The notes beneath the pieces are model-generated. The model worked only from the letters and a program-made list of their open reading frames with translations. It was not told the DNA's origin and did no database searches. Both the position numbers and the translations under genes were made by a program. Shown one piece after another: positions 29,432-40,900 of a stretch of 64,000 bases of DNA. Every line of letters begins with the position of its first letter. The first letter of the stretch is position 1. The stretch comes from Candidatus Eiseniibacteriota bacterium (GTDB lineage: Bacteria > Eisenbacteria > RBG-16-71-46): NCBI GenBank assembly GCA_963707915.1, contig OY970178.1, forward strand, positions 2,048,001 through 2,112,000. Reading direction: 5' to 3'.

Positions 29432-29607
29432 TGGTCAATGTTCGCCACGCCCGGAATTGGGGCTGCCAGCTGTCCTGTGTAAGCGGTCGCTTCACCGGTT
29501 CGGGACTCGCCCTTCGAATACTATCGTGAAGTGATCGGGTTCGGCGGGTCTACCCCTGGGTGCCCGGCATCAAGTCTCCGCTGAGCGCTCAGCACCGGCC
29601 GCCAGCC

Positions 29608-31071
29608 TCAGCGTCCGGTCTGCCAGTCGATGACGCGCTCGATGGCCCGCGAGCAGACGGGACAGAAGCGCGCAGGGTTGCGGGTGAACATGATGCAGTC
29701 GGTCGAGGAGCGGTAGAGCCCCTTCGCGCGGTAGCCGGCGCCCTCGAACGCGCCCACCCTGCCGCCGTACTCCTGCCCGGCCAGGAAGGGCCTGCCCCAT
29801 GCCAGCTCCTCCCCGAACAGCGAGTCCATCCTCGCCTCGGGCGCGTGGCTGGCGCGCAGTGCGCGGCGGCGCGCCTGGATGCCGGCCGAGAACTTCTCGT
29901 ACTCCTCCTTGCCCCACGGGGTGGGCACCGGGGTGTTCGCGGTGACCAGGTCCCCCCACTTGAGCGCGGCGGGGTCCAGCAGCGCGGTGATGTTCGGCTC
30001 CCACGGCTCCACGATCGGCGCGGTGGTGCCGTAGGCCACGTCGCTGGTGTAGTACTCGTCGGCCAGCGCGGCGAAGTGGTGCCCGAACTCGTGCACGAAG
30101 ACGTAGGGCGTCGAGCCGCTGCGGGTCGAGGCGGTGGCCATCAGGTTGTAGATGCCGCCGCCGCCGTACTTCTCGCCGTTGACCAGGATCTCGACGAACT
30201 CGTAGGGGGCCTGCGCCGCCGTCTCGCGCAGCACCGCGTTGTCGCAGGTCAGGACGTAGCGCTCGGAGCCGAAGATGTCGTAGGTGGCGCCCAGCGCGCC
30301 GCGGCGATAGACGCCGTCGCTCGGCCGGGACACGCCCGAGTCCTCGGCGGGCGTGTCGATGGCCCGGACGTTGAAGTCCTTCCGCCGCTCCCGGAAGGGC
30401 GGCGTGGAGAACAGCACCTCGACCAGGCGTCGCGCGTCCTCGTGGAAGGCCGGCATCTGCCCGGCGGTGTATCCGTCGCCGAGGATCAGCAGGTCGATCT
30501 TGGTCTCGGGCGGCCCGTTCTCGAAGATCGTCCAGACCTTGCCGCGGGTGCCGACCGGCTCGCGGCGGATCTCCGGCGCGGCGGGGTCCACCAGAAATGA
30601 CGATATTTCGTGAAAAGCGTTGTCCGGGGAGCGCTTCAGCAGGCAGACCTGGACCGGCCGGCGCGGGAACGGGAAGCGCACCGACTCGTGGAACGAGCGG
30701 CGCACGGAACGGGCCTCGTCGGTCGTCTCCCACTCGCCGTAGATGCTGGCGAAGCCCTGCGCGAAGAGCACCAGGTTGTCGGCCCGGTCGCGCACCTCGA
30801 CGCGGTAGGGCCCGAGGTCGAGCGGATCGACCAGGTTGACCCGGCTGCCCGGCCACGGCCCCTCGCGCCGCAGGCCGTCGAGGGCGAAGCGTTCCTCCTG
30901 CGCCGTGCCGGCGTGGTCGTAGTCGAGGCGCAGCGTCGCCCCGTCCGACCACGCGTCGAACGCGGACGTCCCCGCCGGGGCCTTCGCGGGCGCGGCGGCA
31001 GCCGGGTGCGTCATCGGGATCAGCAGCAGGACCGCCAGGGCGAGGCCGGACCCCAGGTTCGCGCTTGCCAT
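29608..31071 (-). CDS. Peptidase M64 (IgA peptidase) family
   Basis: Signal peptide, LGDGYT, YGGGGIYN, HEFGHHFAALADEY and FEGAGY..YRSSTDCIM..FCPVC motifs. Confidence 0.9.
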   Translation of the reverse strand: MASANLGSGLALAVLLLIPMTHPAAAAPAKAPAGTSAFDAWSDGATLRLDYDHAGTAQEERFALDGLRREGPWPGSRVNLVDPLDLGPYRVEVRDRADNLVLFAQGFASIYGEWETTDEARSVRRSFHESVRFPFPRRPVQVCLLKRSPDNAFHEISSFLVDPAAPEIRREPVGTRGKVWTIFENGPPETKIDLLILGDGYTAGQMPAFHEDARRLVEVLFSTPPFRERRKDFNVRAIDTPAEDSGVSRPSDGVYRRGALGATYDIFGSERYVLTCDNAVLRETAAQAPYEFVEILVNGEKYGGGGIYNLMATASTRSGSTPYVFVHEFGHHFAALADEYYTSDVAYGTTAPIVEPWEPNITALLDPAALKWGDLVTANTPVPTPWGKEEYEKFSAGIQARRRALRASHAPEARMDSLFGEELAWGRPFLAGQEYGGRVGAFEGAGYRAKGLYRSSTDCIMFTRNPARFCPVCSRAIERVIDWQTGR

Positions 31072-32150
31072 CACCGGCCTCCCTTCGGGGCGGCCGACCC
31101 GCCGCGCTCCAGCTTCACCCCGTGCGCTTCCAGCCCGGCGATCATCGCCCGGTACGCCCGCGGGTCGCGGGCCACCTTCTCGAGCGGCTGCACCCCCGGC
31201 GGCGGCACGATCCCGCCCGCCACCATCTGCGCCGTGACCGCGGTGGTGAACGCCGTGGTGCGCGCCATCGCGGTCAGGCCGGCGGCCGGGTCGTAGCGGT
31301 CCACCAGCGTGACGCGCTCCTCGCCGTCGGCCCAGCGCATGCGCACCAGCAGGACGACCAGGTCCAGCGGCGGCGTGAGCGTGCAGCGCGCGCGCAGTTC
31401 GTCGACCAGGCGCCCGGCCGCGACCAGCGGCTTCACCGCCTCGGCGTGGCCCGGCCAGCGCAGCGTCTTCTCCCCCATCTCGGCCACGCCCGGCAGCGTG
31501 TCCATGAGCGAGCGCAGGCCGTCGCTGTAGAACGCCTCGAGCTCGCCCACGCCGTCGACCGGCACGCGCTCCATGCCGCTGAAGACCGGCACGGCCACCT
31601 GCCGTCCGCCCTGCACGATGCGCGCGGGGCGGACGTACTCCTCCAGCAGGTCGTCCAGCGACCAGGTCACGCAGTAGCCGTAGGGTTGCGAGCGGTCCTG
31701 CGCCACGCCGCCGACCATGATGACCAGCTCCTGCGGAGCGCCGCGCCGCGCGTAGGCCTCGCCCGCGACCAGGTTCGAGATGCCCGGCGCCAGCCCCGCG
31801 TCGGGGATGATGGCCACCCCCGCCGCGCGCGCCGCGGCGTCCAGGTCGAGCGCGTCCTCGCCGCAGAAGGAGACGTCCACCAGGTTGCGCTTCGCCTCGA
31901 TCGCCGCCTTCATGGCGGCGAAGCCGTAACGCGAGGGCAGCGCCCCGACCGCGAAGTCGTGCTCCCCCATCAGGCGCACGACCGTCGCGGCGGCCGAGCA
32001 GTCGGCCTCGCGCCACGAGAGATTGGGCAACGGCCGCAGCTTCGGGTCGCGCACGTCGGCGACGGTGACGCGGGCCTGCGGCAGGCGCGAGGCGAGATCG
32101 GTGGCGATGACGCGCCCCTGCGCGCCGCCGCCCAGGACGAGGATGTTCAT
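31071..32150 (-). CDS. Saccharopine/lysine dehydrogenase family oxidoreductase
   Basis: GGGAQG, DAGLAPGISN, LEAFYSDGL, EKTLRWPGH and AMARTT motifs. Confidence 0.88.
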   Translation of the reverse strand: MNILVLGGGAQGRVIATDLASRLPQARVTVADVRDPKLRPLPNLSWREADCSAAATVVRLMGEHDFAVGALPSRYGFAAMKAAIEAKRNLVDVSFCGEDALDLDAAARAAGVAIIPDAGLAPGISNLVAGEAYARRGAPQELVIMVGGVAQDRSQPYGYCVTWSLDDLLEEYVRPARIVQGGRQVAVPVFSGMERVPVDGVGELEAFYSDGLRSLMDTLPGVAEMGEKTLRWPGHAEAVKPLVAAGRLVDELRARCTLTPPLDLVVLLVRMRWADGEERVTLVDRYDPAAGLTAMARTTAFTTAVTAQMVAGGIVPPPGVQPLEKVARDPRAYRAMIAGLEAHGVKLERGGSAAPKGGR

Positions 32151-32402
32151 GCGTGCAGCCCTCCGGTGGCCGACGGGCTACCGCCCGGTCGGGGACTGGC
32201 TTGACGGTGGTGGCCGGGCCTGGGCGGAACGGGACGAACACCCTGCCGGAACGCGGGATGGACCGGACCACGGGACGCCGCAAGTTAGCAGAGAAACGGC
32301 CCCGCCGCCGCATTCGACGGCTGACACCCACCCGGCGCGGTCCTACACTGATGTGCGGGAGGGGCATCCCGCCCCGCCCGCCTTCCGACGAAGGAGGCCA
32401 CC

Positions 32403-33137
32403 ATGTCCTCCATCGACCACATCCTCGACCGGCAGGTCCGCCGCTGGGAATCGGAGAAGTCCGCCCACCTCCCCGAGCACGGCGCGCACGACCGGCCCGG
32501 AACGACCCTCCAGCCCATCCTCACCGTCTCGCGCCAGCGCGGCAGCGGGGGAACCCTTCTGGCGGAGCGGCTCGCCGCCCGCTTCGGGCACACGCTGCTC
32601 CACCGCGACGTGATCGACCGCATCTGCGATTCCTCGGGCTTCAAGCGCCGCATCGTCGAGTCGCTCGACGGGCACGCCCGCTCGCAGGTCCAGCTCTGGG
32701 TCGAGTCCATGCTGCAGGGCGACTACGTGGACGCCAACGACTACCTCCGTGCCCTGCTCGAGGTGATCTACTCGCTCTCGCACCTCGGCGGCGTGGTCGT
32801 CGTGGGGCGCGGCGCCAACTTCATCCTCGGGCCCGGTCGCGGCTTCCACCTCCGCGTCGTGGCCCCGGTCGAGGTGCGCGTGCGGAACCTCGTCGAGCGC
32901 GAGGGGCTCGCCGAGCGCGACGCCCTGCGGGCGATCGAGCGGAGCGACCGCGAGCGGGCCGAGTGGATCCACAAGGCCTGCGGACGCTCGATCGACGACC
33001 CGCTCGGCTACGACCTGGTCATCAATCACCTGTCGATCTCGATGGAGTCGGCCACGAGCCTGGTGGCCGCGGCCGCGCAGGAGAAGTTCGAGAAGCTCAA
33101 GGCGGCCCGGCCCGCGGCGCCGCAGCACGCGAAGTAG
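32403..33137 (+). CDS. Cytidylate kinase-like family protein
   Basis: TVSRQRGSGG, VVVGRGANFIL and DPLGYDLVIN motifs; GGAGG RBS. Confidence 0.88.
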   Translation: MSSIDHILDRQVRRWESEKSAHLPEHGAHDRPGTTLQPILTVSRQRGSGGTLLAERLAARFGHTLLHRDVIDRICDSSGFKRRIVESLDGHARSQVQLWVESMLQGDYVDANDYLRALLEVIYSLSHLGGVVVVGRGANFILGPGRGFHLRVVAPVEVRVRNLVEREGLAERDALRAIERSDRERAEWIHKACGRSIDDPLGYDLVINHLSISMESATSLVAAAAQEKFEKLKAARPAAPQHAK

Positions 33138-33260
33138 AGCAGGGCGCCCGCCGGGCGGAGGCCTTGCCCGCGCTCCCGCGTTCGCGGACCGCGGCAGTCC
33201 GCGAACGCGGAACGGGCGGGGTCAGCGCCCGCCCGCAGATGGCCTGGGGGGCGCGACACG

Positions 33261-33683
33261 GTGCGTGATACCGCTTCGCTGACTGCCTGAAACACGCGGT
33301 CCCGCGCCGCGCCCCTTGTGTCGGTATTCAAGCACCCGGCGAAACCGCGAGTCAACGGAGTTCGCAGGTTCGATCCCGGCGAACGGGATGGTTTCGCCGA
33401 CGGGGAGAATCGGCGACAATGGGGCCGCATGATGTCGCCCTGGCCCGCGCGGTGGAGCCGTCGCGCTTCACCGGACCGCCTTCGCGCACCCACCGGAGAG
33501 CCGCATGAGCCTCAGCCGCTGGTCCGTAGCCGCGCTCGCGATCGCGCTCGTCTGCCCCTTCCCCGCCATGGCCGCTGACGCCGGCGCGCTCGACTCCCTG
33601 GTCGCCGCCGAGCGCGCCTTCGCCCGGGCGTCGATCGAGAAGGGGGTGCGCGACGCGTTCCTCGAGTTCCTCGCCGAGGACGG
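33261..33683 (+). repeat. Left copy of a ~423-bp direct repeat bounding the island
   Basis: Manual alignment to 44779-45200 shows about 12 substitutions and 1 indel. Confidence 0.93.
33505..33683 (+). pseudogene. Truncated 5' fragment of the DUF4440 gene
   Basis: Same first ~59 codons as 45022-45906 (MSLSRW...FLAEDG), then unrelated sequence to a stop at 33771. Confidence 0.85.
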
Positions 33684-33781
33684 GCGCCGGGTCCGGCGTT
33701 TCGAGTACAGAAGGTCCGGTGTCGGGCCGCCACCGCACTTGACCGGCTGGGCTTGCCTCACAGCGGTCTAGACGTCCAGTG

Positions 33782-34177
33782 CTACCGTCGGCTGACGGGG
33801 TAACCACTGACCTCCAGATTCAGCTGTGCTTCCGCCACCTGACGCAGGAACCCCGGTTCGAACACGACACTACACGCGAACATCCGTCGGCCTCCCACGA
33901 ACAGCGCGACGTCAATAGTGCTCTCCGCTCCTGACGCCAGTAGGTCATCTATCATTCCTCGATGCCTCTTTAGATAACGTCGCGTGCTTTCTACCAGCTG
34001 CCCTGCCGTCTCTGCCTTCGCTACGCCTACAACAAGCCCGTTCTTATCTGCCACGCGCCCAAGCGCATCCGCCTCGCCCTTGCGCCATACCTTGTTGGGC
34101 CTGAGCCTTGGCCACCTCTTAGAGAACACGTCAACATCAAACCGCTCCCCAGCGCTACGCAGCACTGCACTGAACAT
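33782..34177 (-). CDS. Candidate immunity protein (DUF4279-like)
   Basis: 131-aa ORF starting 47 bp after the toxin stop; VWRKGE...IDVALF..VVFEPGFLRQVAEAQLNLEVSGYP pattern; lowest GC in the region. Confidence 0.6.
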   Translation of the reverse strand: MFSAVLRSAGERFDVDVFSKRWPRLRPNKVWRKGEADALGRVADKNGLVVGVAKAETAGQLVESTRRYLKRHRGMIDDLLASGAESTIDVALFVGGRRMFACSVVFEPGFLRQVAEAQLNLEVSGYPVSRR

Positions 34178-36822
34178 GGCTGTCTCTCGCTTGTCGGCCT
34201 TCTCGCCCTTGCTACGTCGGAACTTCACACCCCTGGCATTCGCCGGGCTCCCCGGGGCAGCAGGAAGTCGAAATAGTCGTCTCTCGGAAGCCACACAGGA
34301 ACTGGCACGGCCAACGGCGAGCGGAACCCCGGCGGGTTCTTGGGAGTCCTCAGCCAGGTCTTCCGCTTCCCCGCTCGTGGTTTGCCCTCGTCTTCCCATT
34401 GCTTACACCATCTCCGAGCCTCTTCGCGCGTCAGAACGCGGCCGTGTGGCTCATTGGGCAACACATTCTCATGGAGCCACTCCCAGAACTCCTCACTGAG
34501 GCCGAATCTCGGATCTGTCGCTCTCGGCCAAGTCCCCTCGGGGTCTGTGAAGCCCACGGGATCCCCAAACGCAAAGAGATAGAGATTCTCGCCTCCTGCC
34601 GAGAGCCCCGCCGGATCCTTGCACGTCCACCTTCCCACACCCGGATCATAGTCCCTCGCGCCGAATCTCACCAGCCCTGTTGCCGCGTCCCATAGCCCGC
34701 CGGCGTACCCGAAGCACTGGAACCCAACGTTCGTGTCCTCGAGCACACGCCCGTACGTGTCATAGTCCATCCGCTGTACGGTTTCGCCCGTGGCGGCATC
34801 CAGCACTAGCCGCACCGACCCAAGGCGGTCCGACACAATCCTGTACGTATTCCCGTTCCTCACCATGTACTCCGGCACGTTTCGCGCAGCGCCATAGACA
34901 TACCGCGCAACTACGTTCCCCACGCTGTCCAACTCAGCAACTGGTTTCAGTTGATCCTCGTAGAGCCATCCCCGCCTTAGGACTCCGTTCCATCTGCACG
35001 CGACCCGCCGACTGAGACCGTCGACAAGATACTCCATTAAGTCGCCGCTGGGGAATCCAACCGTCACCAAGTTACCGAGGGCGTCGTACGTGTAGCGGAT
35101 GGTGTCTGCACCAGTCGCCGCCGTCTTGAGTTCCCCTGCCGGTGTGTAGGCGTAGCTGGTTCCGCCGTACCTCAGTAGCCGGTCCTGCGCGTCGTACGTC
35201 GCAGTGCTGGTGTCGCTCGCGCTGCTGTGCGCCAAGCGGTTACCGTTGCCATCGTAGCTGTAGTGCTCTGTGACGCCGTCGACCGTGGCCGCCGACACGA
35301 AGCCCGAGTCTGGACTGCCGTAGGCGAAACCGTATGAACGCTCAGTGCCCTGCACCGTCTCCATCACGCCCACGACGCGCCCCAGTGAATCACGACTGTA
35401 CGTAGCCTCATACAGCGTGGTGCCGTTGGACCTCACCGTGCGCCGCCATAGCTCACCAACGTGCGAGTAGCTGTCCGTGGTCGTGACATTCCCTAGTGTC
35501 GTGCTGGAGACCAGCCCGTTGTCCAACCGTCTCGTGATGGATAGGTCGCCAGCCTGAGTCATCAGCCCGTCAGCGTCGTACGAGTAGACGACGGTGTTGC
35601 CCCCATTGACCCGCTGGCTTGCCACACGGAAGTCGCGGTCCAGCGCCACCGAAACGCTCCCGGTCGCGCGACCGCTCCAGGCTTGGATCGTGTCCACCGG
35701 ACCATCGTAGCCGTACGACAGAAATATGCTGTCCGGCGAGCTGATCGTGTGGAGCTGTCCTGTACTGAGGTAGGACAGTTGTGTGGTGCCACGGCCCATC
35801 CCGATGGCGTAGAGGCGCCCGTCGCCAGACCCGTAGCTGGCTGTCACGTATTCGCCACCGGGACGGTCGCTCCGAACCTGCACTCCGTCGTGGTCGTAGC
35901 TGTATGCGGTCACGGAGTCCGTCTCGCCAGCACCCGGCGCGACGTACGTGCTCAGCGAGTTCACACCATTGTACTCATACGCATGCTGCGGCCGCCCGGG
36001 CGGGGTTATGCCGACGAGGTTCCATTCCTCGTCATGGGACAGCGCGATGGTCCTTCCGCCCGGGAGTCGAATCTCCGTCGGCCGGTCATCAGACAGGTAC
36101 GACAAGCCAGTGACTCGACCCAGTGTGTCACGAATCGTGTTGAGGCGCCCATGTGCGTCGTAGCTGAAGCGGGCGCCTCGCCCGCCCTGATAGACGTGCG
36201 TTGGACGCCACCACGCGTCGTAGCTGCAGTAGAGGGTGGCGAGTCCCTGTACCGACACGCTCTGGACTCGACCTGCCGAGTCCACAACGGTGGTCCTGAC
36301 CCGCCCGGATGGCGAGTACTCCCTCAGGATTAGGCTGTCGGGGTTCGAGTTGAACGTCGTGCGGTACGCCGCGCGCGAGTTGATGCTGACGTCCTGCGTC
36401 CATGTCCCGGTGACCGCAGGAGGAGCGTAGTGCGAGGGCATGGTCCGCGACACCTCGACGGTCCTGGTGAGTCCACTCGGCAGGGTGGTGCGCCTGAGTC
36501 CCAGAACCGGGACTCCCATCCCAAACCGGAGGTCTGGCATGAGGCTGTCGCTGGTGACTATTCCATCCGGCGCATGGATGACCCGCCATCTGCCGTCGCT
36601 GGACTCCGTCATCGTCGTCGAGAGGCCAGCGGGGTCAATGACCTCCCGCTCCCGACTTCCGTCCCAGTTGCCTGTCACCGCATACCCAGTGACGCGCCCC
36701 TCTCCACTGGTCACTTCAACGGTCCGGCGCATGCCCTCGAAGATCGGGGTGACGTAGCCCCCGGAAGCTGACACAGAACGAGTAGCCAGTCCTCTGCTAG
36801 CCTGAACGGCACGGAGGATCTC

Positions 36823-37092
36823 ATGGCGAGCACGGGGAAGCGTTACAGCGAAGAGCAGATCATCGCGATCCTGAAGGAGGCGGACAGCGCCGGGAACGTC
36901 GGCGAGCTGATCCGGCGCCACGGGATCTCCGCCCACACCTACTACCGCTGGAAGAGCAAGTACGGTGGCCTGGAGGTGAGCGAGGCGCGGCGGCTCAAGC
37001 AACTCGAGGACGAGAACCGCCGACTTAAGCGGATCGTCGCCGACCAGACGCTGAACATCCAGATCCTGAAGGAAGCGCTGGGAAAAGACTGA
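36823..37092 (+). CDS. IS3 OrfA
   Basis: RYSEEQIIAILKE..TYYRWKSKYGG..LKQLEDENRRLK; ends at the probable -1 frameshift site GGGAAAAG. Confidence 0.92.
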   Translation: MASTGKRYSEEQIIAILKEADSAGNVGELIRRHGISAHTYYRWKSKYGGLEVSEARRLKQLEDENRRLKRIVADQTLNIQILKEALGKD

Positions 37093-37940
37093 CGACGGCT
37101 GCGGCCCGGCGCGCCGCCGTCCTGGAAGCCCGTTCACGCCATGCCGGACTCTCGGAGCGACGCGCCTGCACGGTGCTGGGTACGCCGCTGTCGGGCCAGC
37201 GCTATCGATCACGTCGCGCTCCGCAGGAGGCGCTGCGCCAGCGGCTGCGCGAGCTGGCGCTGATCCGGCTGCGCTGGGGCTATCGGCGGTTGCATCGCGT
37301 GCTCACGCGCGAGGGGCTGCGGGTGAACGTCAAGCGCGTCTACCGCCTGTACCGCGAGGAGGGTCTGGCCGTGCGGCGGCGGAAGCGCAAGCGGGTGGCG
37401 GTGGCGCGGCAACCGATGCTGGTGCCGACGCGGCTGAATGAGTGCTGGGCGATGGACTTCATGTCGGACGTGCTGTCGAGCGGACGACGCTATCGGGTGT
37501 TCAATGTGGTTGACGTGCTGAGCCGCGAGGCGCTCGCCGCCGAGGTCGACACCAGCCTGCCGGCGGCTCGGGTGATCCGGGCGCTGGAGGAGATTGCGAT
37601 CATGCGAGGCTATCCGGCGCGGATCACGCTCGACAACGGGCCGGAGTTCCGCAGCATGGCGCTGGACACCTGGGCGTACGAGCACGGGGTGGTGCTCGAC
37701 TTCATCCAGCCCGGCAAGCCGATCCAGAACAGCATGGTGGAGAGCTACAACGGTCGGATGCGTGACGAGCTGCTCAACCTGCACTGGTGGCGGAGCATCG
37801 GCGAAGCGCGCGACGCGATCGACGCCTACCGGCAGGACTTCAACGAGGCCCGGCCACACAGCGGCCTCGGTCACAAGACGCCGAGCGAGTTCGCCCGGCA
37901 CTATGCGGTAAACTCGAACCCGCAGCGGCTGGCCTCTTGA
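37089..37940 (+). CDS. IS3 OrfB DDE transposase (probably expressed by -1 frameshift; start approximate)
   Basis: WGYRR, WAMDF, DNGPEF, PGKPIQN..ESYNGRMRDE and RPHSGLG motifs. Confidence 0.92.
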   Translation: MTTAAARRAAVLEARSRHAGLSERRACTVLGTPLSGQRYRSRRAPQEALRQRLRELALIRLRWGYRRLHRVLTREGLRVNVKRVYRLYREEGLAVRRRKRKRVAVARQPMLVPTRLNECWAMDFMSDVLSSGRRYRVFNVVDVLSREALAAEVDTSLPAARVIRALEEIAIMRGYPARITLDNGPEFRSMALDTWAYEHGVVLDFIQPGKPIQNSMVESYNGRMRDELLNLHWWRSIGEARDAIDAYRQDFNEARPHSGLGHKTPSEFARHYAVNSNPQRLAS

Positions 37941-40900
37941 TCTGTACCAGCGTTGGGGGCTACGTCAGGGGTGCTCAGCTGCTGCTGGATTCCCGTCGAG
38001 AGCGGCGCCCAATCCTCCGCCAGTCGCCCGTCACTCGCGTAGGTGAACGTATGTTGGTTACCCACGGCGTCTGTGTAGCTCTCGAGCAGACCACTGGTGG
38101 AAGTTGTAAGCGTGACGGTCGCATCCAGCGGACCACTCATCTCACTCAAGTATCCGTTTGCATCGAGCGAAAGCGTTGTGCGATGGCCGTAGGGCCCATC
38201 GATCCACAGCGGGACGCCGTTCCCGTCGCGGCCGATGGTTGTCGCCAGACCCGCCGCGTCGCGGATACTGGCCAACCGCCCCGCAGCGTCGTAGCCGAAC
38301 CGGTAGCGGATGCCTCCGGTCACTCCATCGCGCGTGTAGAGGTGTCGCCCAGCAGAATCCCCCTGCGTGGCGAACACGTACACCTCGCTGCCGTCCTTGC
38401 TTGGCACGCTGTACGCGAGCCCGTTCTCGGTGAGAGGCGGGGATTCCTTCCAGAGCATGAAGTGCCCGCCCAGGACCAGCTTGTTCTCGGGGCTGCAGGT
38501 CACGACCACGGCATGCACCAGGCTGGTCGCATCCATGGGGCCCGGTGCCTCAGCTGGCAGGGACACGGAAGGGGAATACGCGTAGACGTGCTCCACCGTG
38601 CCATCCTGGTTGCAGCGGAGCAGCAGACGCCCCCACGCAAAGGCGTAGTTGGGGGGGGAAAGCGATCGTGTCAGCAAGTAGATGGCCCCATCAGGGGCCA
38701 GCGCGATGTCGTACACCGCGCACCACGCGCTCTGGAACTCGGGTTCGTCGACGGCGGGGTAGCCGTCAAAGAACAGGCTCATGATTCCCTGGGGCGTGAC
38801 CCGGCGGACCTTGAGACCCGGACGTCCCTCGGCAATGTACAGCGCGCCGTCTCGATCGACCTCCAAGTCCTCAGGCCGCCCGATGTTCATGAGGGTCGCT
38901 CTTCCAGTCGTGTCGCTGAAGCTGGACCCACCCGCCCCGGCGTAGTCAGTGATCGTCCCGTCTGTGCCGATTCTCCTGACGCGGAAGTCTGTTGTTGACG
39001 AGTAGCTCGGACCGTTGCATTCGCCCAAGAAGAGACTCCCATCAGGGCCCAGGGCGAGAGACGAGATATGGCCGGTCCACGCGGCCTCCGTCGGCAGTCC
39101 GTCTCCACCACCCGCAACGTATCCAGCGCGTCCACCGATGACCTTGTGGATCATGCCATCAGGCGTCACAACACAGACCAGGCTCTGGTCCGGTGCCGCG
39201 TCATTGCTGGACGCGACGTAGACCGAACCGTCCGGCCCAATCGCAAGCCCGGTGATCCTGTTTGGGAAAGAGCGTTCGCGCGCGGGCCCGTCTCCACTGT
39301 ATGCGGCGCGCTGGTTCGTGCCGGCGATGCGTCTGACCATGCCGCTGCGGTCCACTCGCAGGACTGAGTACCGGCAGTCGTCTGCGATGTACAAGGCCCC
39401 ATTCGGACCGTATGCGACGCGTGTGGGATACACGGACAGCAACTCCCCCGAGTCTGGCTCGGCGGTGTCGCACAGGCCTGTCGCGAGGTTGTGCCACATG
39501 TGGCTCGGCACAGGCAGCACACCCCCATCCCCAAGGTAGACGGCACCTTCTGCCGTCGGATCGAAGGTGTGGTGTGGGCTCAGGGTCCAGCCTCCCAGGC
39601 CGTCCACAGCAGTGCCCGGCACGCCGAGGCTGATTGACTGCCGGTTCCACACGATCTGGCCGACCGCCCGGTCTCCCACCGTCAGCCCGAGCATGCCTCC
39701 CGTGTATGAGGCGTTCCCGAATGACTTCGCAAGTCGCTCCGCCGAGCCACCGGCGATCGACAGGGGGAACACATAGCCGACGCTCACCTTCGCAGTGATC
39801 GCCCGATCCACGAAGCGCCCGTAGGCGTCACGCCCATCCCACACGAGCGTCACCGGTTCCGTGGCGGACGTGATGGGACCCGGTACTCTGACTGAGTACT
39901 GCTTCCCGGCGACATCGAGATTGACGATCACCCCCTGAAGCCCGTTCGGCACCGTCTCGCCAATCACGGGGACCCGGATCGTTCGCATGACGGCATCCCC
40001 GGGCGCCCGGAAGCTCCTGTAGTTCAGGGAGTAGGGAGTGCCGGACACCGGCACACGCTCGCCCAGCGTCCTATCCTCGCACTCGATGATGGACCCCTGA
40101 ATCTCGCATGGCTCCGGGGTCTTCGACTCCATGTGCGGCACGGTCCCCGGCCTTCGCACGTAGTCCGTGAGCGGTGCCACGCTGAAGTTGCAGTCGGCAT
40201 TCGAGAACCGATCGACCGAAGTCCGACAGAGCACCGCGCCCGGGCGGTACTGGGCTGCCAGCACCTGGAGTTCGGCTGCGCCGATACCCAGGCTGTCCAG
40301 AGTCGAGGTGCTGTCACGTGATCCGTCCCCGCTCACGTCGAGTGCGGCCGTGCCAGCGCTGTCGCCAAGGACCTGGATGATGCGGGCGTCCCTGCCAGCT
40401 ACCCACCTGCCATTGCGCCGATCATAGTACCCGTAGGGCACGACAGTACCGACGGGGTAGTCGAGGAAGTTCGGGACGTAGAACACCACGGGCTTGGAGA
40501 ACACCACATCAGGGGCCGGCAGCGTGGGTTGCAGGATTCGTCCTATGGAATCGGCCTCATCCACGCTGAAGTCCACGCAGTACGTGTAGGCTGTCGCGGG
40601 GGGCAGTAGGGCTGGCATGGCCTTGGCGCCGTCCGCCCCCACGGTGTACTCGGTGAGTCGCAAGCGGATGTCGGTCAGCGCCGCGGTGTCACCGGGTGCC
40701 CGTGCGATCCGCGCCACCGTCCCCCCTTGGAACAGCACTCGGATCTCCCGGTCCCCGTTGGCATCCGTGGAGAAGCGGCCGTGCACGACCTGAAGCGAGT
40801 CGAGTTGGACCACATGCACGCGACGGCTCTTGCCGATCAGCGCAACGGTGTCCTGGATGGCGAACTCGTTCACCGCCGGCAAGCAGGCACGCTGCGCTTC

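Larger units (their letters stand above)
36750..37967 (+). mobile_element. IS3-family insertion sequence (IS407-group-like), 1218 bp
   Basis: TG...CA ends, 13-bp perfect IR TGACGTAGCCCCC, and a 4-bp GGGG target duplication (36746-36749 and 37968-37971). Confidence 0.95.

Noticed and set aside
33360..33380. tRNA gene or tRNA att site suggested by GGTTCGATCCC
   Set aside because: No acceptor, D or anticodon arms could be folded; kept only as a low-interest structured element.
34225..37212. 995-aa stand-alone Rhs gene
   Set aside because: Its first ~155 aa are antisense IS3 sequence; it is the 3' half of the interrupted teneurin-like gene.
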